From: Tubulanus polymorphus
Lineage: Eukaryota > Animalia > Nemertea
NCBI RefSeq assembly: GCF_964204645.1
Contig: NC_134036.1
Location: 4,494,600 to 4,558,599 of the forward strand
DNA: 64,000 nt
Reading direction: 5' to 3'
Below, piece after piece: positions 49,993-63,375 of this stretch (positions are counted from its first letter, which is position 1; every line of letters begins with the position of its first letter). Position numbers and translations under genes: made by a program. The notes under the pieces were generated by a model, which had not been told where the DNA came from, did no database searches, and saw only the letters and a program-made list of their open reading frames with translations.

Positions 49993-51534
49993 TTTAGTCT
50001 GCAATGCAGCACACGCGGTCACTGTTTACCGTTTATGAAACAATCGGTTTACACTTCAATGTCTATCGTTGTGCAAAGAACCAACGACATCTCAATTTAT
50101 TAGCGATTTCCCATTTGCAAAATCTGTGTAGATTTAAACGGACGTAAAACCAACAAACTGAACAGAGTTAAATACGCGCTGACGCTGAGAGACTAAGATT
50201 CGATGTACATCAGTTCTTGAGTTGACGCCCGACAGCGAAGAAAATAAACCTGCAATTTCAGTGTAGCGAACTTCTACCCATATATTACATTCGGATATTG
50301 GATATAGCTACATCTGAATCGACAGTGAAAAAAATCAGGCGTATATATCTTGCTATAGATAGATATCTGCAAAATATAAAGTAAAATATGCCAGTAAATT
50401 CACAAAGTTGGTTTCAACTTTGAATGCGTAGTATGTATTTTATGACTAGACCCGGCTGGACATTGTGTCCCCCACTGAACCAAGTCAAAGACGGAGTCTA
50501 CTGTATTTCACAAACCTTTAATCTGCTATCAATCTCAACTTAAGCTCGTGAGGGAGAGAGTCAACTCGGTATTAGACACCAACTAATGTTTAGTGTCGTC
50601 ATTTTCAGGTTCTATCATCGTGCGCGAGCTATTTCACAAATCGTCTGAATCCAACCCTTGACTTCATAATTTCAAAGCCGCGATGTCTTATACCCAAATC
50701 CAAAATGAAACATAACTTTCTCGAAAACGCTTCGATTTTTCGTCGCTTTTCGGCGAAGGATCTTTCTATTTCTTTTATCTATAGATTACTTATTTTTCCT
50801 CCTATAGCAAAAATATCCTGTAATTCTTATTGTAAAACTGACGCGTATTAGAAAAACATATTTTTTCAATTTTTTTCGGTCATGTTCGAAAGGTTTTTAT
50901 CGCTTCTGAGAGAAAAGATTCGAATTAGTGAAAATGTCATGGATTGATTTTTTTTTCGATGATTTTCAGTTGGGAAATATATACAAAGCGAGAAGCAAGA
51001 AGTCATTCAGAAATTTACTATTGGAAATCATAATCCGAGCACTAAACCTTATATGAGAAAAAGACAGCTTATTTGTCTAAGATACGCCTTAACGGTAAAA
51101 TGCACGGTTTTTTTTAAACCTAAAAATAGGGATTGCCCCTATTATTTATTTGATTGGTAAATTTCGATGGTGAATTTTTTGATTGAGTGTCCCTTAAAAA
51201 CCCACCACACCTGCCGGGAGCGAAACAGGGGGTTTGATTTTAAAATCGGAAATCGAAGTACAGCTATACTTGTGTGATCGGCGGTCGAGTAGACATAATT
51301 TTTTGTTTTAATCGAAGTACATAATTGGAAAATTCGGTTCCGGTTCATTCAAACAATCTTCCATTCAGTCTGAAACGGCAAGCGTCTGATTGGGGTTATT
51401 TTTGGCTGGCTAATTTAATACATCGAAATTATGGAAGTAACTATATTAGAAGGTTGAAGATCATTTTGTCCATTTTTATATTTTTCGGTCGTTTTCTATG
51501 TGTAAATAGTCCGATAGTTCAATGTAGATTTTTA

Positions 51535-51759
51535 GAACCCGTACGAACATCCGAAAAACAAAGCGCCGCGTATGGCGATGATGGCGACGCCTATGAACAA
51601 TCGTATGCATCGGCAACAGTTTAATCTACACCCGTCCGCGATGGTTCTTCAACCGGTTCAACAGTTCTACTTCAATTACTAAACGTTTTCCCTACGATGG
51701 AGGCGTTTAAAAATCGGAAACAATTGATTAGGAAATACTTTAGCGGTATCCTATGGTGC
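51535..51759 (+). pseudogene. duplicated 3' end of the homeobox gene (last ~48 codons plus start of 3'UTR)
   Basis: Near-identical to 45304-45530. Confidence 0.9.
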
Positions 51760-52122
51760 GCACTAATTTTTGTCTAGGAAACGTCTTAACGGTCAAATAA
51801 AATCCTTGAATGTAAATTTGTAATATACGCGGTAAAATAATGTAAAGTATTACGCTATTGTGTACATAGTAATGATAAATAAACTACCAGTATTTATAAA
51901 CTAGAATTCTGAATCATTTTTAGTTAATTTCTGTCGGGGCCGACTAGAGAGGTGTCTAATTGTCCTTTAATTGCTGATTCAGGATAAAACATCAGGACAA
52001 TTGCAAGTGTGACCGAAAACGTCCACAATGGACCGCAATGCCTACGGAAAGGAAAACCTCACCCGGCTGAGTTGAGCAATAACGAGTTCCTTTTTCCTAA
52101 ATAATCTCGGTTTCCTAAAATT

Positions 52123-53291
52123 TCAACCGAATAACTTAGTGAACTGCTTTCTGAAAATTCTCATCGTTGCGATGTAAATGAAAAAGTTGATGCAGTAAAC
52201 GACTTGACGAAGATTAATCAACAATCTTTCCAAATCGAACCATAGAATCCCTCTCAAGAACGTACCGTAAATTGAACCAGGTTTCTGGCCAGTGTACAAG
52301 CTGCGTGGCAGAAAATGTAGTAATCTACAAACAGCGTGAGGGAAAACCAGTACAATATAAACTATAACTACGACTAGCAGAGTTTTACTGGCTGAAGATT
52401 TCTGAGTACGATCAGTTTTAGTTCTGAGCGGATACGCGGATTTCTTAGCGCGCGATATAGCAGTTAACACTGACGCGATAACAATAACCACCGCGGCAAA
52501 TATATCTTGAACGAACACATTGCCAACATTAATCATTCTTCCCATTCGGAAAATGCTGCTTCGAGAATATAGACGGGATATCATTTTCGGAGTACCACAC
52601 ACCGGCCGATACGAGGTTTCGTTGTATCTGCGACGTTCTTTGAAGCGAACATATAAAAAACAATACTAAACATCTGTACTGCGTACGCCGACAAAACCAA
52701 AACACCTACTGCCACTTTACGCCGAGTGGCGCTAAAATGTTGCATATGAAAGAAAGGAAAACGAATAGAAACAAATCTTTCGAAAGCGATCACCAGAACT
52801 ATGTAGTTAGATATCGTTACGGCTTCTTCTAAGATGAGTTTACTCGATAAACACTGCGGAACCCATTGTCTGGGAACAAAGTGAAAATAGTAATAAATAT
52901 AATGAATATTTGGACATTGTTTTTTTAAATTTGCGAAAGACATGTAACTCACACTGCAACGGTGCACCCTAAGACGTAAGAGAAAAACTATCAGAGATTG
53001 GGGGAAAAACCAAATCACATTATACAGCACGACAATCTGATCGCAGACGGCTAGAGTTATGAGATAGGGGAACGTAAAACGAACCGACTGATACCTTCTA
53101 CATTTGATCAGTAGAATAATCGTCAGAAAGTTAAACACACTTCCCAGCGGATATATGAACACCATCCTGATGTCATGGTTGTGAGAACTGATGATTCTCA
53201 AGTATGTTAAAAACGTGTAAGTCCACGGTAGTTCGACGTATGTGAAAATTCGCCGAGTCGTCGTGGCGTGGATCCCGGTGAGGTTATTCAT
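52123..53291 (-). pseudogene. GPCR copy A2, frameshifted by a 4-bp deletion at ~52651
   Basis: Near-identical to 46381-47553. A1 has aacatcactataaaa where A2 has aacatataaaa. Confidence 0.85.
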
Positions 53292-56174
53292 CACGAATCA
53301 GAGACTTCGCAGTGAAAGATCAGAGATACGGAACAAAAAGTGATTTCTACTTCTCCCGCTGCTGTATACGACAAACTGCAGGGCACGACTCAAAGACCTA
53401 TATTTATTTCCATAGACAGTCTGGGTTACGCGTGAATCGCAGTCACAACATTTTCACACATGTACAGATCTAAAAATATCCGCTTTTACGAACCTACGAA
53501 AGCAATGCGAAATCTGTTAATACAAAACTGTCGTCTTCTGTAAGCAACGTCAGCGCCCGATGTGAAATACCAAATCGCGAAATACGAATCGGAGCTGCAC
53601 CCTTGATTTCGATAATTCAGACACCGGGACAACACACTCTGATCTGGATGACCAGCGTTTCGAAATAATGCGCCTTTCCGTGCGGGGTATTGACAACGCG
53701 CCGGTCAAACGATGAACAGGATCTTCGTTGCAACATTATTTTCTCGGAGAAAAAAAATCCTCCAAATACGACAAACAATATACGCGCGAAACTAAACAGC
53801 AATGTGGTCTTAACCCCGAAGCTATTACGAAATTTCGATTTATTAGATAAAGTATTGCACAAAATGAATTAAAATTGAGATTTTGCGAAGATCAAGGTAA
53901 TTATTCGCCTATACCGAAGATTTCCTGTGTCCAGCGAGCCTCTACACTGAAGCTATAACGCGCCCACGTGACAAAACTGGGAATCAAAATGAAAGAGTTG
54001 TTTTTGGCTGCCGTGCGGAACACTATGGGCCTGACATACCATATAGAAGACAACGCGAATTTAGACATTTTTTCAAACAGTATTTGCCGTTGGGCTTTAA
54101 AGAATCAGATTTGTACAACTTGGAAGATACTCCCCCCTAAAACACGAGTTCATGATTACGGTTATACGCGCGCAAAAACGGCGGTCAATCTCGCCCTGTG
54201 TCGAACTGGGCTCGGTTTAGAGCGAAAAGGTAATTCATGATTTCATTATAACCCTAATTTCTCCGTTAATTCTGTTAATTTCAAATTAATTCAAAAATAG
54301 ATTCGAGAGTAAATCCTCTTTGGGAAACTCGGTCGTGAATGCGGGTGCACAAGACCCAGTTTCAAAGAGCTTCTTTTCTACAATCAATTTGAATTGTTGA
54401 ATTCAATGAATGTGATTAAGAATGATTGTCATTGGATGCAAATAATTGTGAAACTGGCCCCACGTAACAGGAAAAAAAAATGCTGAGACCAACCTTAAAA
54501 ATCTGTTTGGAGTAAGGACCAACTATATACCCATCGCTGCTGGTATCGACGTTTTTCGCTTCGCAAGCTGCCGAGCTTTCTTCAAGGTGAGCCATTGAAC
54601 GTTCTAGTCCGATGATAGTTTCGTAAAGCGTCGCTGGTCACAAAACACCGCCGATCCCTGAAATTTAAGAATAAGGCCGAGCGTGTAAAAATAATAAACC
54701 AACACCCTGGCGCAGCATTTTTAATTCTGAGTAAAAATCCCTTGGAAAGTCAAAGAATTTTAAGGTGTACATATTTCAACTTGTTCGAACGGCCGGACGG
54801 TCGGCACCACGACCCGGTCAGATTCGGCAATACACCCCCGATATAAAAATTATTCGTAAAAGACCAGCGTTAATGGGCAGCCGAACTAAGACATCGATTT
54901 TTGAACATCCGTTTTACGCTATATCCCAACAGGTTTCTCAGCCAAGTTCAATAGAGAAAAGTCACTCCTTCCGTAGTCCAGTGACGGCGTGGTATATGCG
55001 GTATGCGTTGCCGCATAGATCCGCGAAAATACGGATATACCCGCATCAAAAGTCCTGATTTTATTGACAACGAACGAATAAATTTAGACTAAAGTATCTA
55101 ATATGTGATAAACGAACTTTCGGCTATGATTTATTCAGTCTATTATGGATGATAGAGTTTTTCTAGTTTCAATTTCGTAAGATATTATGTTACGATACGA
55201 TATCAACCCATTATAAAAAGACCGAGGTTTTTCAAAAGTATTCGCCGGATATTTTTTGCCACCGTCGCTATATTATATCAACTTTTTAAGTATAGTAAAT
55301 ATAGCATCATTCAGTCGGCTTTTAAGCGGAATAAACACCGTTGAAAATCTAGAAAATATCCGACGAATTCAAATTCTCGAAACCTCTTGTTATATCATGC
55401 ATCGCATAACGCATCGTCGCTCGTACGCGCATGGGTTAGGATAGAAATTGAAAAAATAAAACAAATTCATCGTGCAGTTCAAATTCTAAACGACCATATG
55501 AACAAGGTCAATAGGTCAGTCAGGTTTTCATCGACACACCTCACGTAACATTTTCATGGAAACTTTGATGATATTTCCCATATAGATACGAAGAACAAAT
55601 GAACCGTTTGTTTTCTTTTTTATTGATGTCGCTTTAGGACTCTCTGCCAGACTTTACACGAAACGACCGTTGAACAATATCTCAGCAGAAAAGATGGCCT
55701 TTTCCGAGAATAGCCCGCGTAATCTTCGAATCAGAAGGGTGCATAATGGTTTATTGCTCCGTATTAACAAAGCATTACAGTCTAAGATAAGAAACCCACT
55801 ACGTACAAATGAAAAGAATTTTTAAAATTGAAAATTTATTTGAACAACCGAATTAAGCTTAAATCTATACTTATATTAGCAACTATTGATAAGTGTTTAC
55901 AATAAGAATAATGCTTCGCCCGAAAAATACTTTGCCCGAACGAATTTAGGGTTCTCGGGCAAGATCACCTTACCAGACCGAAATCGGGATTCCCGTGGGG
56001 AGAGGTTCACAATACTAACCTCCGCACGGGCAGATTGAGGCTTCTCAAGAAGGATCTTCTAACCGCCGAACGATTACTTACAGGGAAGATTTTCTCGACC
56101 GACCGAATCGAAGATTTCCGGGGAAGACAACCACCCGACAGAATCGAGCGAAGCCATGTTCAGTTTTTACAACT

Positions 56175-57385
56175 CTACTTCGGTTTACTCGAGCTACTAG
56201 TAAATAACTTAATGAACTGCTTTCTGAAAACTCTTATTGTCGCGATGTAGATGAAAAAGTTGATGCAGTAAATGAATTGACGAAAAATCATGAACAATCT
56301 TTCCAAATCGTACCACAGGAACAGTAGAAAGAAATCATTGTAAATTGTTTTCAGTATGCGACCAGTGAATTCGTAATATAAGACGCCTACAAAACTGTTA
56401 AAACAAGACAAGAAACTACAAACGGCGTGCGGTAAAACCAGTACAATATAAACAATAACTACGACTAGCAGAGTTTTACTGGCTGAGTACGATCAGTTTT
56501 ATTTCTGAGCGGGTACGCGGATTTCTTAGCGCGCGATACAGCAGTTAACACTGACGCGATAACAATAACCACCGCCGGAAATATATCTTGAAGAAATACG
56601 TTGACAAACCTAATTACTTGTCGCATGTAGAATATGTGCCTTCGAGAATATCGACGGGATATTATTTTTGTAATATCACACGTCCACCGAAACGAGGTTT
56701 CGTTGTATCTGCGACGTACCTCAAGACGCACGTCGCTATTAAAAAAGAAAATGGACCCCATTTGTACGGCATACGCCCACAATACCACGACACCTACCGC
56801 TATTTTACACCGAGTGGTGCTAAAATGTTTCATATGGAAGAAAGGAAAACGAATAGAAACTAATCGTTCGACAGCGATCACCAGAACTATGTAGTTAGAT
56901 ATCGTTACAGCTTCTTCAAAGAATAGTCTATTCAATAAACACTGAGGAATCCATTGTCTGGGACCATAGTGAAAGTAGTAATGAATATTGTAAATAGTTG
57001 GACATTGTGTTTTGAGTTTTGCGAACGACATAAAATGTACACTGCATCGGTGTAGTCCAAGCTGTCTGAGGAAGGAAATCAGCGAACTGGGGAAAAAATA
57101 AATCACATTAAACAGCACGACAAATTGATCGCAGACGGCTAGAGTTATGAGATAGGGGAACGTAAAACGAACCGACTGATACCTTCTACATTTGATCAGT
57201 AAAATAATCGTCAGAAAGTTAAACACGCCTCCTAGCGGATACATGAACACAAGCCTGGCGAGTTGGCTGTAAAAACTGATACTTCTCACGTATTCATTGA
57301 ACTGCGCGATAAAAGCCGGCGGTTTCACGTACGGGATGAAAATCCGTCGAGTCGTCGTGATCGGGATCCCGGTGACATTATCCAT
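56175..57385 (-). pseudogene. GPCR copy B1, frameshifted by a 10-bp deletion at ~56486 (ICL3)
   Basis: ggctgagtac here versus ggctgaagatttctgagtac in the other copies. Confidence 0.85.
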
Positions 57386-60093
57386 CTTAAAACAGAGACT
57401 CTGCTGTGATAGAACAGAGGTCGGATACGAAAAGTGAGTTCTACTTCTCCCGCTGCTGCTGCTTCTGAACGTCAAACCGCAGGGCACGACTCAAAGACCT
57501 ATACTTATCTCCGTAGACAGTCAACGTTACGCGTGAATCGTAATCCAACATTTTCACACATGTACAGATCTAAAAATGTTCGCTTCCACGAACCTACGAA
57601 AGTAATGCGAAATATGTTAACACAAAACTGTCGTGTTCTGTAAGCAACGTCAGCATCTGATGTGAAATACCAAATCGTGAAATACAAATCGGAGCTGCGG
57701 CCTTGATTTCGATACCGCAGACACCAGGACAACACTCCCGTCTCGCCTTGTGTCGAACTGGGCTCGGTTTAGAGCGAAAAGGTCATAATTTCATAATAAC
57801 CTTAATTTCTCCGTTAATTTTGTTTATTTTAAACAAATTCAAAAAATAGATTCGAGAGTCAATACTCTTTGGGAAACTCGGTTGTGAATGCGGGTGCACA
57901 AGACCCAGTTTCAAAAAGCTCCTTTTCTACAATCAATTTGAATTGTGATTAAGAATTATTGTCATTGGATGCAAATAACTGTGAAACTGGCCCAACGTAA
58001 CAGGAATAAAATACTGAGACCAACCTTAAAAATCTGTTTGGAGTAAGGACCAACTATATACTCATCGCTGCTGGTATCGACGTTTTTCGCTTCGCAAGCT
58101 GCCGAGCTTTCTTCAAGGTGAGCCATTGAACGTTCTAGTCCGATGATAACGTCGCTCGGTCACAAACACTGCACGATCGCTGAAATTTAAGAAAAAGGCC
58201 TATCGTTTAAAAATCATATCTACCAACACCCCAATGTAGCATTTTTAATTCTGAGTCAAAATCAGTTGAAAAGTCAATGAATTTAAGGTGTACATATTTC
58301 AACTTGTTCGAACGGCCGGACGGTCGGCACCACGACCCGGTCAGATTCGGCAATACACCCCCGATATATAATTATTCGTAAAAGACCAGCGTTTATGGGC
58401 AGCCGAACTAAGACCTCGATTTTTAAACATTCGTTTTACGCTATATCCCAACAGGTTTCTCAGCCAAGTTCAATATAGAAAAGTCACTCCTTCCGTAGTC
58501 CAGTGACGGCGTGGTATATGCGGTATACGTTGCCGCATAGATCCGCGAAAATACGGATATACCCGCATCAAAAGTCCAGATTTTATTGACAACGAACGAA
58601 TGAATTTAGACTAAAGTATCTGATATGTGATAAAAGAATCTTCAGCTATGATTTATTCAGTCTATTATGGATGATAAAGTTTTTCTAGTTTTAATTTCGT
58701 ATGATATTACATTACGATACGATATCAACCCATTATAAAAACACCGAGGTTTTTTCAAAACTATTCGCCGAATATTTTTTTGCCGCCGTCGCTATATGAT
58801 ATCAACATTTTAATTGTTGTCGAGGAAATGCAAACGATACGACGATGCGAGGCTAGTTCGTACATATAGCATCATTCAGTCGGCTTTCAAGCGGAATAAA
58901 CACCGTTGAAAATCTAGAAAATATCCGACGAATTCAAATTCTCGAAACCTATAGTTATTTGAAATTAAGAATGACCCAAATTTTCAATTTTCGAAGTGTG
59001 AGATCACTTCACTGATAGAATTGTTTTGTATCCACTAAAAAGTGCTGGCAATTTCATATCAAACATTTATATTGATTTGCTATACTTTTGGCTATGTACT
59101 TTTTTATCAACTTTTTCATCGGGCGATAATTTGTATATTGTATAAACATTTTTTTTTTGTTCTGCTCAGTGAGCGTTGTAATTTGCTGTACGAATTAAAA
59201 GATAAATTGAATTAAATTAAATTTCATGCATCGCATAACGCATTGTCGCTCGTACGCCCATGGGTTAGAAATTGAAAGTAAAACGGTTTCAAATTCATCG
59301 TGCAGTTCAAATTCTAAATGACCATATCAAAATCATATAGGGGATACCGTAATACCACTCTAAAGGATGCCAGATTGCAGTGAGAGCAGCCCCTTCGACT
59401 AGTTCGCCATCTAGTGGACAACTAGGTCAATAGGTCAGTCAGGTTTTTATTGCCACCCCTCACGTAACATTTTCATTGAAACTTTGATGAAATTTTCCAT
59501 ATGGATACGAAGAACAAATGAACCGTTTGTTTTCTTTTTTATTGATGTCGCTTTAGGACTCTCGGCCAGACTATACACGAAACGACAGTTGAACAATATC
59601 TCAGCAGAAAAGATGGCCTTTTCCGAGAATAGCCCGCGTAATCTTCGAATCAGAACGGTGCATAATGGTTTATTGCTCCGTATTAACAAAGCATTACAGT
59701 CTAAGATAAGAAACCCACTATGTACAAATTGAAATAGTTCGAAAATCGAAAATTTTAACAATCGAATGAAACTTAAACCTATCGTAACTAGCAACTATTG
59801 ATAAGTGTTTACAGAAAATAATGCTTCGCCCGAAAAATACTTTGCCCCAACGAATTTAGGGCTCTCGGGCAAGATCACCTTATCAGACCGAAATGGGGAT
59901 TCCCGTGGGGAGAGGTTCACAATACTAACCTCCGCCCGGACGAAATGAGGCTTCTCCAGAAGGATCTTCTAACGGCCGAACGATTACTTCCAGGGAAGAT
60001 ATTCTCGACCGACCGAATCGAAGATTTCCGGGGAAGACAACCACCCGACTGAATCGAGCGAAGCCATGTTCATTTTGAACAACGCTACTTCGG

Positions 60094-61291
60094 TTAACTC
60101 GAGCTATTAGTAAATAACTTAATGAACTGCATTCTGAAAACTCTTATTGTCGCGATGTAGATGAAAAAGTTGATGCAGTAAATGAATTGACGAAAAATCA
60201 TGAACAATCTTTCCAAATCGTACCACAGGAACAGTAGAAAGAAATCATTGTAAATTGTTTTCAGTATGCGACCAGTGAATTCGTAATATAAGACGCCTAC
60301 AAAACGATTGAAACAAGACAAGAAACTACAAACGGCGTGCGGTAAAACCAGTACAATATAAACAATAACTACGACTAGCAGAGTTTTACTGGCTGAAGAT
60401 TTCTGAGTACGATCAGTTTTAGTTCTGAGCGGGTACGCGGATTTCTTAGCGCGCGATACAGCAGTTAACACTGACGCGATCACAATAACCACCGCCGGAA
60501 ATATATCTTGAAGAAATACGTTGGCAAACCTAAGTACTTGTCGCATCAAGAATATGTGGCTTCGAGAATATCGACAGGATATTACACGTCCACCGAAACG
60601 AGGTTTCGTTGTATCTGCGACGTTCCTCAAGACGCACGTCGCTATTTAAAAAGAAAATGAACCTCATTTGTACGGCATACGCCCACAATACCACGACACC
60701 TACCGCTATTTTACACCGAGTGGTGCTAAAATGTTTCATATGGAAGAAAGGAAAACGAATAGAAACTAATCGTTCGACAGCGATCACCAGAACTATGTAG
60801 TTAGATATCGTTACAGCTTCTTCTAAGAATAGTCTATTCAATAAACACTGAGGAATCCATTGTCTGGGACCATAGTGAAAGTAGTAATGAATATTGTAAA
60901 TAGTTGGACATTGTTTTTTGAGTTTTGCGAACGACATAAAATATACACTGCATCGGTGTAGTCCAAGCTGTCTGAGGAAGGAAATCAGCGAACTGGGGAA
61001 AAAATAAATCATCTTAAACAGCACGACAAATTGATCGCAGACGGCTAGAGTTATGAGATAGGGGAACGTAAAACGAACCGACTGATACCTTCTACATTTG
61101 ATCAGTAAAATAATCGTCAGAAAGTTAAACACGCCTCCTAGCGGATACATGAACACAAGCCTGGCGAGTTGGTTGTAAAAACTGATACTTCTCACGTATC
61201 TATAGAACTGCGCGATATAAGCCGGCGGTTTCACGTACGGGATGAAAATCCGTCGAGTCGTCGTGATCGGGATCCCGGTGACATTATCCAT
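60094..61291 (-). pseudogene. GPCR copy B2, frameshifted by a 14-bp deletion at ~60584 (ECL2)
   Basis: gatattacacgtcc here versus gatattatttttgtaatatcacacgtcc in B1. Confidence 0.85.
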
Positions 61292-62904
61292 CTTAAAACA
61301 GAGACTCTGCTGTGATAGAACAGAGGTCGGATACGAAAAGTGAGTTCTACTTCTCCCGCTGCTGTTGCTTCTGAACGACAAACCGCAGGGCACGATTCAG
61401 AGACCTATACTTATCTCCGTAGAGAGTCTTCGCGTCGCGTGAATAGTAATCCAACATTTTCACACATGTACAGATCTAAAAATGTTCGCTTCCACGAACC
61501 TACGAAAGCAATGCGAAATATGTTAACAGAAAACTGTCGTCTTCTGTAAGCAACGTCAGCATCTGATGTGAAATACCAAATCTTGAAATACAAATCGGAG
61601 CTGCGCCCTCGATTACGACACCGCAGACACCAGGACAACACTCCCGTCTGTGTGATCAGCGTTTCGAAATTTGCCTTTTTCGTATATGATCTTGACAACA
61701 CGTGGGTCGAACGGTGATTAGGACCTTTCTTGCAACATCATCCGCCGGAGAAAACACATCACGGATACGATATGCAATGGTAACGATGTTCGTATCACCT
61801 TGGGCCATACAGCTATAACCAAATCTCGATGTATCAGATGCTCGAATGATTAGGCGCTTCGAAGTAAGATTGTTAAAATGTACGGGAACTTATGATTTCT
61901 AATTATCGAATAAATAATTCCTTCGAACGACAATCACTATTTCAGAAATCGTCAAAAACCAAACTTGATCTCATAATTTCTAAGCGAATTCTTACTACCG
62001 AATCCGAAAAGAAAGATAACCTTCTTGAAAACGCTTCGATTTTTCGTCACTTATTCGGCCGAGAATGTTTCTCTTTTATCTATAAATTATTTATTATTTT
62101 CTTCAAAATTATCCTTTTCTGCAAAAGTTTCCTGTATATCAAAGTTGAAAAAATTAACGCGCATAAAAAAAAACACTTTTTTCATTTATTTCGGTTATTT
62201 CGAACGGTTTTTGTCGCTACTGAGAGAAAATATTTGAATCAGTGAAAATTGCCTGGATTCAGTTTTTTTTGGATAATTTTTAATTGGTAAAATATACAAA
62301 GCAAGAAGCCATTCAGAAATTAATTATTGGAAATCATAATCCGAGCTCTTAGACTTATAAGATGAAATGAAAACAGTTTTTGTCTTAGATACGTGTTAAC
62401 GGTAAAATGTACAGTTTAAGCTAAAATTCTTGTACGTAAATTTGCAAAATACGCGGCTACGAGTCGTATTACGTATTATCGTATTAATTATTACGATATT
62501 GTGCACAATATCAATGATAATTGAATTATCAGTATTCATGAAGTTAATTATATTCAATAAACATTTTTATGTGATTTTCGTTCGGGCCGAGTCAGAAGGT
62601 GACTTTGGTTTGTTTTTAAATAGCCAATTCAGGATAACTGATTCAGGAGAACTGCGGCGACCTAAAACGTCTTTACGATTGACTAAATTTTCGAAACCTA
62701 TTGTTATATCGCGCATCGCATAACGCATCGTCGCTGGTACGCGCATGGGTTAGAAATTGAAAAAATAAAACGGTTAGAAATTCATCGTGCAGTTCAAATT
62801 CTAAACGACCATATCAAAATCGCCACTCGTTCAAAAATATACGTCATGCCCACAAACCTGTTCTAATGAGATACGAAATTACAAACCGCGTTCGATAAAC
62901 CTAG

Positions 62905-63375
62905 CCCGATATAAACAGAAACTACGACGATCAGAGTTTTACTGGCTGAATGAGACGAGAAGATACACAATATCCGTGTATGATGACAACGAGAGAAATC
63001 CCACAATAACGAACCCAAGATTGAAAAATTCTATACCGGAATGATTCAATTTGATGAGGAGCGACGTTTCGGCTAACTACTGTTAGCCATCATCAGGCGT
63101 ACTGTACATCAGGCATTAGGTACGCATGATGATGGCTAACAGTTGTTAGCCGAAACTTTGCTCCTCAAATATAATCATTATGATGTAGAATTTTTCAATC
63201 TTGGATTCGTTATTGTGGGATTTCTCTCGTTTACTGGCTGACGATTTTCGCGGTAAAAGCATTCATTCTTTCTTAAATATCTACTCAGGTCATTTTGAAT
63301 ATATCGAAAGAATGAATCACATTATACAGCACGACTAAGTGATCAGTGACGGATGGAGTTATGATATGGGGGATA
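62905..63375 (-). pseudogene. decayed GPCR relic (TM6/ICL3 and TM2 fragments) interrupted by an insertion
   Basis: atataaac..actacgac..cagagttttactggctgaa and aatcacattatacagcacgac...gagttatga match copies A and B. It is preceded by a diverged version of the A1 3' flank (61960-62670). Confidence 0.65.
62950..63229. mobile_element. inverted-dimer Penelope-like/retrozyme-like insertion with hammerhead motifs and a 12-bp TSD
   Basis: Long imperfect palindrome at 62988-63231. The left arm reads CUGAUGA-U-GGCUAAC(AGUA)GUUAGCC-GAAA-CG-UC on the - strand. TTTACTGGCTGA is repeated at 62938-62949 and 63230-63241. Confidence 0.75.

Larger units (their letters stand above)
54189..61649. repeat. tandem segmental duplication, units 54189-57740 and 57741-61649
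   Basis: High identity throughout. Junction at 57741 with TCT microhomology. Confidence 0.9.
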
